Of a stretch of 64,000 nt of DNA, positions 42,651-50,451 are shown piece by piece. The notes beneath the pieces were generated by a model. It did no database searches. It was not told where the DNA came from and was given only the letters and a program-made list of their open reading frames with translations. A program made the position numbers and the translations under genes. This stretch comes from Bdellovibrionia bacterium. Lineage in GTDB: Bacteria > Bdellovibrionota > Bdellovibrionia > Bdellovibrionales > JAUICD01. The DNA lies in assembly GCA_030427965.1 (NCBI GenBank), contig JAUICD010000001.1, positions 82,625 to 146,624 on the forward strand, read 5' to 3'. Position 1 is the first letter of the stretch, and each line of letters opens with the position of its first letter.

Positions 42651-43317
42651 AATTAAAAAAATTCAAAAAGAAATCCAAGAGAGTGCGGTGGGGGTGGGGC
42701 GTGACCCGAGCTCTGTTACTCTTTTAGCAGTATCAAAACGACAGCCAATAGAAAAGATCATCGAGGCGTTGAAGTGTGGGCTGGTTGAGTTTGGCGAAAA
42801 CTATGTTCAAGAGCTAGCAGAAAAAAGAAAGACTATTCAAGGTTGTAAGTGGCATTTGATTGGATCTATTCAATCTAAAAAGGTCAAATCTGTGGCTGGA
42901 CAGGTGGAGCTTATACACACTGTGGATCGTTTGAAGCTCTTAACTTTACTCAATGAAGAGTGTGCAAGAGTCGGGTGTAGGCAGAAAGTTCTTTTGCAAG
43001 TGAATATTTCAGGTGAAGCTTCCAAGTCGGGTTTTTCCCCGTCTGAGATTTTTGATGTTGTAGCAGAGTATGAAAAATACCCTCATTTAGAGATTGATGG
43101 ATTTATGACAATGCCTCCATTTACAGATCATCCGGAAGATTCACGTTCAATTTTTCGGGAATTGAGTGAAATTCAAAAGAAGGCTAGACTTAAGGTAAAC
43201 CAACTTGAATTTCCGACGCTTTCAATGGGTACGTCCCAAGATTTTCGTGTTGCGATTGAAGAAGGTTCTACGATTGTACGAGTTGGAACGGCCATATTTG
43301 GTGAGAGGAAGAGCTGA
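42628..43317 (+). CDS. yggS: YggS-family pyridoxal-phosphate homeostasis protein
   Basis: LLAVSKRQP (PLP Lys), FGENYVQE, LSMGTSQDF, RVGTAIFG. Start is GTG 42628 or TTG 42640. Confidence 0.88.
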   Translation: MVGSLKDRIKKIQKEIQESAVGVGRDPSSVTLLAVSKRQPIEKIIEALKCGLVEFGENYVQELAEKRKTIQGCKWHLIGSIQSKKVKSVAGQVELIHTVDRLKLLTLLNEECARVGCRQKVLLQVNISGEASKSGFSPSEIFDVVAEYEKYPHLEIDGFMTMPPFTDHPEDSRSIFRELSEIQKKARLKVNQLEFPTLSMGTSQDFRVAIEEGSTIVRVGTAIFGERKS

Positions 43318-44186
43318 TGTCGACATCCACAAGTCCGGTTTTAAGAGGAAAGAAAGTAGGCTTTGTTGGAACTGGTAATATGGGGCAAGCAATGATTCGC
43401 GCACTCGTTGAATCTGGTGTTTTGGAAGCAAAAGATATCTATGCATCCAATCGAGGGTTTAAAAAACTCAACAAAGTTGTAGAAGCTTATGGAGTGAACC
43501 CTGTGGAAGACCCAGAGGATTTAACCGACATATGTGACATCATAGTTTTAGCAACAAAACCCCAAGATCTTTTTGCGGCGATTGAGCCATTTCAAATGGA
43601 GTTTCATAGTGGTCACCTGGTGATCAGTTTGGCTGCGGGCATTCAGCTTGAAAGTTTGAGCCGTGTTCTTGAGAATGTTGTTTCCATTGCCCGAGTCATG
43701 CCAAACACGCCATCGCGAATACGGCGAGGAGTTGTTGGGTATTGTGTGTCTGAGGGAGCGGAGCATTCAGCAGATATTGTAGAAGAACTGCTTCGGCCAA
43801 TGGGATTGGTTGTTCGAGTTCAAGAGGGTGAAAACTTTGAAGCCTTTACAGTTGCTGCGGCTTCGGCACCGGGATTTATTTTTGAAATGATGGAGATCTG
43901 GAAAGAGTGGTTAGAGGATTATGATTTTGATGAAGAAGAAGCTAGGCAAATCGTGGTTCACACTTTTTCAGGAACTGCTGAACTTGCAAGGCGGGAGAGT
44001 GCAGTTTCACTCTCTGAACTTCAACATCAAGTCACCTCTAAGGGCGGAGTGACTGAAGCGGGATTACTTTCTATGCGTGAAATGGAGTTGGATCGACTGT
44101 TTCGTGTGAGCTTTGAGAAGGCAATCTTAAAAGATCGTGAACTCGGTGGACAGGTTAAGAAGAAGAAAAAAAAGAAAGGCCTTTAG
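43317..44186 (+). CDS. proC: pyrroline-5-carboxylate reductase with poly-Lys C-terminal extension
   Basis: VGFVGTGNMGQAMIRAL Rossmann motif, RVMPNTP, TSKGGVTEAGL. TGATG junction with yggS. The C-terminus reads ...VKKKKKKKGL. Confidence 0.9.
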   Translation: MSTSTSPVLRGKKVGFVGTGNMGQAMIRALVESGVLEAKDIYASNRGFKKLNKVVEAYGVNPVEDPEDLTDICDIIVLATKPQDLFAAIEPFQMEFHSGHLVISLAAGIQLESLSRVLENVVSIARVMPNTPSRIRRGVVGYCVSEGAEHSADIVEELLRPMGLVVRVQEGENFEAFTVAAASAPGFIFEMMEIWKEWLEDYDFDEEEARQIVVHTFSGTAELARRESAVSLSELQHQVTSKGGVTEAGLLSMREMELDRLFRVSFEKAILKDRELGGQVKKKKKKKGL

Positions 44187-44193
44187 CCTTTCT
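44173..44193. terminator. hairpin terminator between convergent proC and egtD, overlapping the proC stop
   Basis: AGAAAGGC / GCCTTTCT 8-bp stem with loop CTTTA. On the minus strand it is followed by CTTTTTTTTCTTCTTCTT (U-tract). On the plus strand only a weak T-run follows. Confidence 0.6.
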
Positions 44194-44244
44194 GCTTCAA
44201 TTGAAACTCAGTTTTTAAAATAAAAACCACACGTCACTTTTGAA

Positions 44245-45246
44245 TCAAAAGGTCTTTTTCTTCACTTTCCAGAGTGAGTCTGAAAAATATTTTTTTGAAT
44301 CAAAGTATGTTTCAACAACTTCAAATCCAGCTTCCTTTGATAGAAACTCAATATCCTCAATCAAGTACTTGTTGGAATACTCAAGGTGAATGGGTTCAAA
44401 TGCTTTAAAATGAAAAGATTTTTCGAGTGCTTTTATGTCTACGACTTGCTTCTTCTTTGAAATTAAATAGCTTTCCATAGCTCCAATAAGTGGATTGTAC
44501 GTTCCAAAGTGCATAAAGTTATCAAGATCAAAGTTTGCTTTAAGTTCTTTGTTCATGCGTTCCAGTAGGTTGAGATTGAACGCTTTGGTGATTCCTCTTT
44601 TATCGTTGTAAGCATATAGAAGTGTATCGATGTCTTTTTTGAGGTCAAACCCTATTAAAGTAAGGTCATCTTCATTGAGGTGTTTCCATAAAACTCGCAA
44701 GAAAACCAATGCTCCAGATTCATCAAAGTTACCAATTGTGGAGCCAAGAAAAAGAACAACGTTTCGAGCCTTTTTATTGAGATTGATCCAATCAAGTGCA
44801 TCAAGGTATTCTCCGACAATTCCTGAGTGATTGAGGTTTGGGAAATCTTTTTCAAGTGTTGAGTTGAGGTTTTGAACAGCAGCTTCTGAAATATCAATTG
44901 CAATGTACTCAAAATTCAAGCCTTGCTTTGTAAACTCTTCGAGTAAAATTTTGGTTTTTTGGCCATCTCCAGCTCCAAGTTCAATAAGGTTGAATGGTGC
45001 GTCTGAGAGTATATTTGTAATTTTATTTTTGTTTTTTTCAAATACCTCAGCTTCACAGCGAGTGGGGTAGTACTCATCTTGGCTTGTGATTTTAGTGAAC
45101 AGGCGACTTCCTTCATCATCATAAAAATATTTAGAAGGAAGGTATTTCTGTTTAGCTGAAAAGCCTTTGAGTACATCAATTGCAAATTGTTCAAGATGTG
45201 TATTTTCTTTTTTTGATTGGATGTTGTCTAGAATATGAACTGTCAT
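44245..45246 (-). CDS. egtD: L-histidine N-alpha-methyltransferase (ergothioneine pathway)
   Basis: Strong collinearity with EgtD: LPSKYFYDDEGSRLF...EYYPTRCEAEVF...LIELGAGDGQKTKILL. Start at MTVHILD (ATG 45246) directly follows the egtB stop. Confidence 0.85.
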   Translation of the reverse strand: MTVHILDNIQSKKENTHLEQFAIDVLKGFSAKQKYLPSKYFYDDEGSRLFTKITSQDEYYPTRCEAEVFEKNKNKITNILSDAPFNLIELGAGDGQKTKILLEEFTKQGLNFEYIAIDISEAAVQNLNSTLEKDFPNLNHSGIVGEYLDALDWINLNKKARNVVLFLGSTIGNFDESGALVFLRVLWKHLNEDDLTLIGFDLKKDIDTLLYAYNDKRGITKAFNLNLLERMNKELKANFDLDNFMHFGTYNPLIGAMESYLISKKKQVVDIKALEKSFHFKAFEPIHLEYSNKYLIEDIEFLSKEAGFEVVETYFDSKKYFSDSLWKVKKKTF

Positions 45247-46505
45247 AAATCCTCCGCAAGCCGAATGCCTGAAAACATCCATCTTTGATGTGGGTAATAA
45301 AAGTTACGATAAGTATTTCTAAAATGAGATCTAGGTGTTGCAAATGAGCCGCCTCGAAGGACGTATTGCCCACTCATAAATTTTGCATTGTACTCTCCAA
45401 TTGCGCCTTTTGGCCTTCTATACCCTGGGTAGGCAGAGTAACTTGAGGAAGTCCACTCCCAAAGAGTGCCAAATAAATTGGAGATACAATTTTCAGATAA
45501 AGAGGATGTTGGCGAAAGATCTCTAGAGTCACAGAACTGACCGTTGCTATTTCCGTGTGTTTGGCTTGCAATCTCCCACTCTTCTTCAGTTGGAAGCCTT
45601 TTGCCAGACCATTCAGCAAATGCTTCAGCTTCAAAGTGACTGACATGGCTGACTGGGGCATTGGGATCCAATTTTTGAATCCCGTAAAGAGATTTTTCAT
45701 ACCAGTCATTTTCTTTTTTGACCCAATAAAGAGGAGAAGAGAGATCTTCTTTCTGAATGAGATCCCATCCAACACTTTGCCAATAGGAGTAATTTTTGTA
45801 TCCCCCAGTATCGATAAATTCAGCAAAGTCACTGTTTGTTACAAGTCGATTGGAGATGCGTGAACCATTTAGATAGGTTTTGTGTTTTGGTGTTTCATTG
45901 TCGAATCGAAATGGGGATTTTTGGTTTGTACCAATGCTGTATTCTCCACCTGGGAGTTCTATGTATTTTTGAGGAATGTGCTCAGATATTTTGGCTGACC
46001 CCTTTGAATACTGAATGTTTGAAATACTCAAAGAGAAGTTACGCTTGATATCCATGAGCAATAGCTCTTGGTGTTGTTGTTCATGGTTGATTCCAATTTC
46101 AAGGTTCAATAGCAAGTTTTGATATTCAGGGTGACCTGAGTGTTTTTGAAGAACGTCTATAACTTTTTGTGTGATTTCTTTTCGGTAGGTCAAAATTTCT
46201 TTCACTGTCGGGCGTGATAAGTGCCCTCGTTCAGACTGTTTCCAGTGCGGACCAAGAGATTTGTAATACGAATTAAAAAGCACATTGTAGGAAGGGTTAA
46301 ATGGTGTGTAGTTCGGATTTATAAATTCCAAAACAAATTTTTCAAAAAACCATGTTGTGTGTGCAAGATGCCACTTCGGTGGGCTGACATCTGGATGGCT
46401 TTGAACAACAAAATCTTCAATTTCCAGATTTTGGCAGAGGCTTTCGGTGAAGGTCCGGGCTTCTAGGAATTTATGCTGCGCGGGGTCATCACTTGGTACG
46501 CCCAT
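45243..46505 (-). CDS. egtB: EgtB-type sulfoxide synthase (DinB-like plus FGE-sulfatase domains)
   Basis: DinB-type His ligands (HLAHTTWFFE; INHEQQHQELL = H-x3-H). C-terminal FGE-like domain ending RGGSFATP...MFSGIRLAEDL. Start is ATG 46505 (after AAGGAG) or ATG 46562. Confidence 0.85.
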   Translation of the reverse strand: MGVPSDDPAQHKFLEARTFTESLCQNLEIEDFVVQSHPDVSPPKWHLAHTTWFFEKFVLEFINPNYTPFNPSYNVLFNSYYKSLGPHWKQSERGHLSRPTVKEILTYRKEITQKVIDVLQKHSGHPEYQNLLLNLEIGINHEQQHQELLLMDIKRNFSLSISNIQYSKGSAKISEHIPQKYIELPGGEYSIGTNQKSPFRFDNETPKHKTYLNGSRISNRLVTNSDFAEFIDTGGYKNYSYWQSVGWDLIQKEDLSSPLYWVKKENDWYEKSLYGIQKLDPNAPVSHVSHFEAEAFAEWSGKRLPTEEEWEIASQTHGNSNGQFCDSRDLSPTSSLSENCISNLFGTLWEWTSSSYSAYPGYRRPKGAIGEYNAKFMSGQYVLRGGSFATPRSHFRNTYRNFYYPHQRWMFSGIRLAEDL

Positions 46506-46714
46506 CTCTTTTCTCCTTGTAGAGAGGTGGGGTGGTCCGAAATCTGATGGGTATACAAACATGAAGTTTGATGGAATTGAAGTTTTAACTCGCTATTTGT
46601 AGAGGTGAAACGCTCTATAAAAGAGGTGACATAATATTTCTAGACGTAAACCTTGGGGAATGTGGTTGCGTAAAGGTCAGATTCAACTTTATCCTATTGA
46701 TAGAGGGGTAAGTT

Positions 46715-47254
46715 ATGAAAATTGTGCCAATAGATGTCGCCCATAAGACTTTTAAAAAGAAGATGATGGGTTATGAAATTGATGAAGTGACCGAGTTTCT
46801 ACATGCTGTTGCTGATGAAATGGAGCAATTGATCAAAGAGCGAAATGATCTCAAGGAACAACTTCGGGATAAAGAGTTGAGAATTTTAGAGTATAAAGAA
46901 AGAGACAAAGTCCTCAATGGTACGATTGAAACAGCTCAAAAGATGAGTGCAAAAATTCAAGATGAGAGTGAGCGTGAGGCAAAGCTGATCATCAATGATG
47001 CTCATCATAAGGCTGATATCATCACTCGTGATGCGCGTGATTCTCTTAAAAAAGTGTATGGGGAGCTTTCAGACTTAAAGAAAACGCGTGTTCAAATAGA
47101 GGCGAATATGCGGGCTCTTTTGCAGGCGCACTTACAGCTCCTAGATGAACAGCTGAAAGTCATTCCAAATGTTTCTGCTCCAGTAACAGAGCCACGGGCG
47201 GATCAATCAGTGCCACAGCGATCAACTTCTATTTCTCCTTTAAGTAGTACATAA
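46715..47254 (+). CDS. divIVA: DivIVA-domain protein
   Basis: N-terminal PIDVAHKTFKKKMMGYEIDEVTEFL lipid-binding motif followed by coiled coil. Confidence 0.82.
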   Translation: MKIVPIDVAHKTFKKKMMGYEIDEVTEFLHAVADEMEQLIKERNDLKEQLRDKELRILEYKERDKVLNGTIETAQKMSAKIQDESEREAKLIINDAHHKADIITRDARDSLKKVYGELSDLKKTRVQIEANMRALLQAHLQLLDEQLKVIPNVSAPVTEPRADQSVPQRSTSISPLSST

Positions 47255-47267
47255 TAAAGCGGGGTAC

Positions 47268-47292
47268 AAAAAGGCGGCTTAGCGCCTTTTTT
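47268..47292. terminator. bidirectional rho-independent terminator (divIVA / convergent OMP gene)
   Basis: AAAAAGGCG - GCTTAG - CGCCTTTTT. The A-tract and T-tract flank a GC stem. Confidence 0.7.
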
Positions 47293-47318
47293 GCCCAATG
47301 TTTTTTGAGGACCTACGT

Positions 47319-48002
47319 TTAGAAGGCCTTGAGTAGACTGATAAAATAGACGTTTCCATGATAGATGAGTGTGCGATCATCTAGCGTTTCAAGTTTCTTT
47401 GTTTCACTTTGAATGAAGCGTGCGGCAGGTTTCACCCCCCAACTGTCAGAGAAGGCAATCTCAATCCCCACTTCCAGGTATCTTCCAAAATCAAGAAGCG
47501 AGTCTTTCAACTTTGGATCATCATCTGTTCCTTGAGTTCTTTCAATTTCATCTGCATCTGTTGTGTAGTTGAGTTGAAAGTACCCGCCGAGTCCACCAAA
47601 CTCCACGTATGGCCGAAACCAATATCCATCAATAAGTTTGAGTTTTAATCCCAATCCTGCTTGAAAGAGAGTGGCGTGAAAGTCGACATCATTGTCTTCC
47701 CAGACTGTGTCACCAGAAACAGACTCATAGTAGTAATTGGATTGGCCATTTGTATCCATGTACTGGAAAGAGATGGTGAGATAGAGGTTCATAAAATCAA
47801 ATCCCTTTTCTCCGCCAATGTAGAAGTATGTGGCTTGATCGATTTTTATATCAAAAGAGTCAGGTGACCGGACATCAAATGTTGCAAACCCTACTCCGGC
47901 ATAGCCATTGATACCATCGGGAGCAAATTCTGTAACAGATTGGGGAAAAGCTTCAAAGGAGATAAGTACCAAAAGGATTGGCAGTATCAAGTGTCTCATC
48001 AT
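47319..48002 (-). CDS. outer-membrane beta-barrel protein (OmpA-barrel/porin-like family)
   Basis: Signal peptide, alternating aromatic/Gly strands, C-terminal beta-signal ...YFISLLKAF. AAGGAGGG RBS. Confidence 0.6.
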   Translation of the reverse strand: MMRHLILPILLVLISFEAFPQSVTEFAPDGINGYAGVGFATFDVRSPDSFDIKIDQATYFYIGGEKGFDFMNLYLTISFQYMDTNGQSNYYYESVSGDTVWEDNDVDFHATLFQAGLGLKLKLIDGYWFRPYVEFGGLGGYFQLNYTTDADEIERTQGTDDDPKLKDSLLDFGRYLEVGIEIAFSDSWGVKPAARFIQSETKKLETLDDRTLIYHGNVYFISLLKAF

Positions 48003-48029
48003 TCCCTCCTTGGAATATAGAGTTAGAGC

Positions 48030-48137
48030 CTATTTTTTCTTTGCCGCTTCAATTCTCTTTTGAGTTCGAGCTTTCTTTTTTTCTTGGCTCTTTTTTCTTC
48101 TCATTTTCGGTGTACGGCGATTGTCTCCACGTCCCAT
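48030..48137 (-). CDS. unannotated 35-aa highly basic small protein (not in ORF track)
   Basis: ATG at 48137..48135 lies 5 nt after a perfect AAGGAG. Translation is MGRGDNRRTPKMRRKKSQEKKKARTQKRIEAAKKK-stop (TAG at 48032..48030). It sits 27 nt upstream of the OMP gene on the same strand. The N-terminus MGRGD.RRT is reminiscent of ribosomal protein bTHX. Confidence 0.5.
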   Translation of the reverse strand: MGRGDNRRTPKMRRKKSQEKKKARTQKRIEAAKKK

Positions 48138-48233
48138 ATGTTCTCCTTAATATTAACAAGTCCTTGGAAGGAGACACAGAAGTATCTTATTCTCCGAACG
48201 AAGGTCAAGAGATCCCCAAAGGAGATTGGCTTT

Positions 48234-48500
48234 GTGAGTGAGAAACAAGTGATTTTAGATGTTTATGTCCAGCCAAATTCCTCACATACAGAGGTTTCTG
48301 GGGAGTTTGACGGTCGAATCAAAATTCGAGTCAAATCTCCTCCATCTGATGGTGCAGCCAATCGAGAGCTACTGTCTTTTCTAGCCAAAGCTCTAGGTGT
48401 AAAGAAGAGTTCAATTCATTTGATTTCAGGAGAGAAGAATCGAAGAAAAAGAGTTCAAATTAAAGGCCTTACCGAAGAGGAATGTGCAAGTCGATTGTGA
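48234..48500 (+). CDS. yggU: DUF167 / YggU-family protein
   Basis: VQPNSSHTEVSG...IKIRVKSPPSDGAANRELLSFLAKALGVKKSSIHLISGEKNRRKRVQIKG matches the YggU core. GTG 48234 lies ~8 nt after AAAGGAGA. The tracked ORF's first 58 codons are low-complexity read-through. Confidence 0.75.
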   Translation: MSEKQVILDVYVQPNSSHTEVSGEFDGRIKIRVKSPPSDGAANRELLSFLAKALGVKKSSIHLISGEKNRRKRVQIKGLTEEECASRL

Positions 48501-48544
48501 TTGTTGAGAAGGTTTTTCTTGAAACCTCTAAGGCAAGTACGCGT

Positions 48545-49630
48545 TTAATTGTTTGTTGGTTTCTTTCGGAGTTTCAATTTCATTCCGTCCTGTTTCTTTT
48601 TTCGCTTTTTAGGAGCTCTTCTTTTTTTACGTGGAACCTTTTTTTCACTTTCTGGTTTTAAAGCTCGTTCAAATATTTTTTCACTATCATAGGTTTCAAC
48701 TTCAAATTGTTGTTTGTCCTCGTCTTCATCATCTTCATAGATATTTCTATAGTTGAGTGCTGGTGGGGTTTTGGATTTACCACTAGAAGGTAAGAAATCC
48801 AATATTGCAAAAAAGGAACTTCCATGGCTGGAGCGCACTCCGCGAATATCCATGCGATACCCAATCTTTGTACTGACACCCTTTCCTAAATACAGCCCAC
48901 CCCAGATCTTCCAATCTATGCGGCTTGGGTTGATTGAATCAAAAATTTGGCTTTCTGCATTGACTCGCTCAAAAGCATTTAAGCGATCTGTTGCAACACC
49001 TGTTTCGTCATCTTCACTCATGTACTCATACCCGGAAACACCTGTGCCAATTAGGAAATCTTTTATCTTAATATCTAAGTTTGCATGCCATGGTAAAAGT
49101 GAGGCACGTCCATCTCCACGATATGCGTACCCGACATAAATTGTTGGTTTAAGAAATGAAATGGGATAACTGAAGTGAACACCTGGGGTGATCGACCAAG
49201 CGCTTTCCCCGACATAGACCTCATCTCCATCTTCGTCATTGAAACCCAGGGGGTAGGAAAATTTTAGCTCTGGTACAATTTGAATGGGTTGATTTAAAAG
49301 TGAATATTGAATGCCTGCTCCAAGCTCTGAAACAGCAAATCGTTCTCTGTCTTCAGTGGAGGTGGAGCTCATAGAATAGCCGAGATCTAAGTTTGTAAAA
49401 ACTGACCAATCTCGATTGAAATCATAAGAACCAGTAAACTCGATGGATGTGTATGTAAACTTATTATCATCTGAGAGTTCTACAATTTCGGCATCATCAT
49501 CAAAATTTTCATTGGTTGTATAGTAATCTAGTCCGAGCGAAATACCGATCGTACCAGAATCAAACTGACTTGGTTTTGAGCCAAATGCAGGGCTTGATAG
49601 GAATAAAATAGCAATAAATAAAGTTCGCAT
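48545..49630 (-). CDS. outer-membrane beta-barrel-like protein with acidic-then-polybasic C-terminal tail
   Basis: Start at MRTLFIAILFLSSPAFG (signal peptide). Long alternating beta-strand region through ...SSFFAILDF. Tail then reads ...YEDDEDEDKQQ...KKVPRKKRRAPKKRKKKQDGMKLKLRKKPTNN. Confidence 0.55.
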   Translation of the reverse strand: MRTLFIAILFLSSPAFGSKPSQFDSGTIGISLGLDYYTTNENFDDDAEIVELSDDNKFTYTSIEFTGSYDFNRDWSVFTNLDLGYSMSSTSTEDRERFAVSELGAGIQYSLLNQPIQIVPELKFSYPLGFNDEDGDEVYVGESAWSITPGVHFSYPISFLKPTIYVGYAYRGDGRASLLPWHANLDIKIKDFLIGTGVSGYEYMSEDDETGVATDRLNAFERVNAESQIFDSINPSRIDWKIWGGLYLGKGVSTKIGYRMDIRGVRSSHGSSFFAILDFLPSSGKSKTPPALNYRNIYEDDEDEDKQQFEVETYDSEKIFERALKPESEKKVPRKKRRAPKKRKKKQDGMKLKLRKKPTNN

Positions 49631-49679
49631 ACGTATGGGTTCCAAAGCTTGATTCTAATATAAACTAAGGCTAGCGTTA

Positions 49680-50435
49680 ATGGGAAATTATAGCTTTGCG
49701 TCACAGGGGTTCATCTTGCGTTCCTTAATTTTTCTTTCTCTTACTTTGTTTGTTGATGTGGCTCTAGGCCTTCCAACCCGAGATTTTGAGATTCCTCAAG
49801 CAGAAGTGACTCCACCTGGTATTTTTCGAGTTGAAGTTGGAACTGAGCGTGCCTTTCAAAAGAAAGACGACAACCCTATAACAGACGGGCATTCCTCAAA
49901 CGTGGGTGTGGTGTATGGTTTGAGGAAAATGGGATTGATTGGCGTGGAAATGGGCATTGATTGGGCGGAGCCTGTTGACGCAGATCTTCCTGAGTCCCTT
50001 TCTGCCCATACGCGGGTTTCGACAGTCACTCTGGAAGAGCGTGGGTGGGGTACAGCTTTGGGAATACACTCCGTGGGATTTAAATCCAATGTGAATGATG
50101 CCAATATCATGTACGGCCTCATTCAAAATAAGTTCTGGGACAGTCTTTATGTGCAGTTTGGAGGGTATTCCGGTAGCAATAAAATTCTAGTCGATGAAGA
50201 TGGTGGTGACAGTAGCAGTGGATACATGTTTGGTCTTTGGTACAAGATACAACGTGAGGGGCGTGGCCGAATTGGATTGGAATGGGCTTCAGGTAGAAGC
50301 TATGTTGGGAAGACAAGCTTAGGGTTGTCTGTTGAAATTGATAAGGGTGTTTATGGTTATGTTCACGTTTCATTGCCTAACAACACAGAAACATACTCCA
50401 CTTCTACGTCGTTTCGATTTGTAGTTGATATGTAA
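49680..50435 (+). CDS. hypothetical secreted / outer-membrane beta-rich protein
   Basis: N-terminal hydrophobic signal-like segment and Gly/aromatic alternating strands. No family recognised. Confidence 0.42.
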   Translation: MGNYSFASQGFILRSLIFLSLTLFVDVALGLPTRDFEIPQAEVTPPGIFRVEVGTERAFQKKDDNPITDGHSSNVGVVYGLRKMGLIGVEMGIDWAEPVDADLPESLSAHTRVSTVTLEERGWGTALGIHSVGFKSNVNDANIMYGLIQNKFWDSLYVQFGGYSGSNKILVDEDGGDSSSGYMFGLWYKIQREGRGRIGLEWASGRSYVGKTSLGLSVEIDKGVYGYVHVSLPNNTETYSTSTSFRFVVDM

Positions 50436-50451
50436 TTTCCAAGAGGTTCAG

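Noticed and set aside
45374-45832. 152-aa same-strand alternative-frame ORF, and other ORFs (45555-45863, 45836-46048, 46221-46466), within egtB.
   Set aside because: The EgtB frame carries the DinB His ligands and the FGE domain end to end. The overlapping frames have no motifs.
48060-48233. N-terminal 58 codons of the tracked 146-aa ORF (MSSSFLFFLALFSSHF...), and the 47978-48241 plus-strand ORF.
   Set aside because: The translation is low-complexity and complementary to the well-supported minus-strand small basic ORF and its SD. The YggU-homologous part begins at GTG 48234, which has its own AAAGGAGA RBS.
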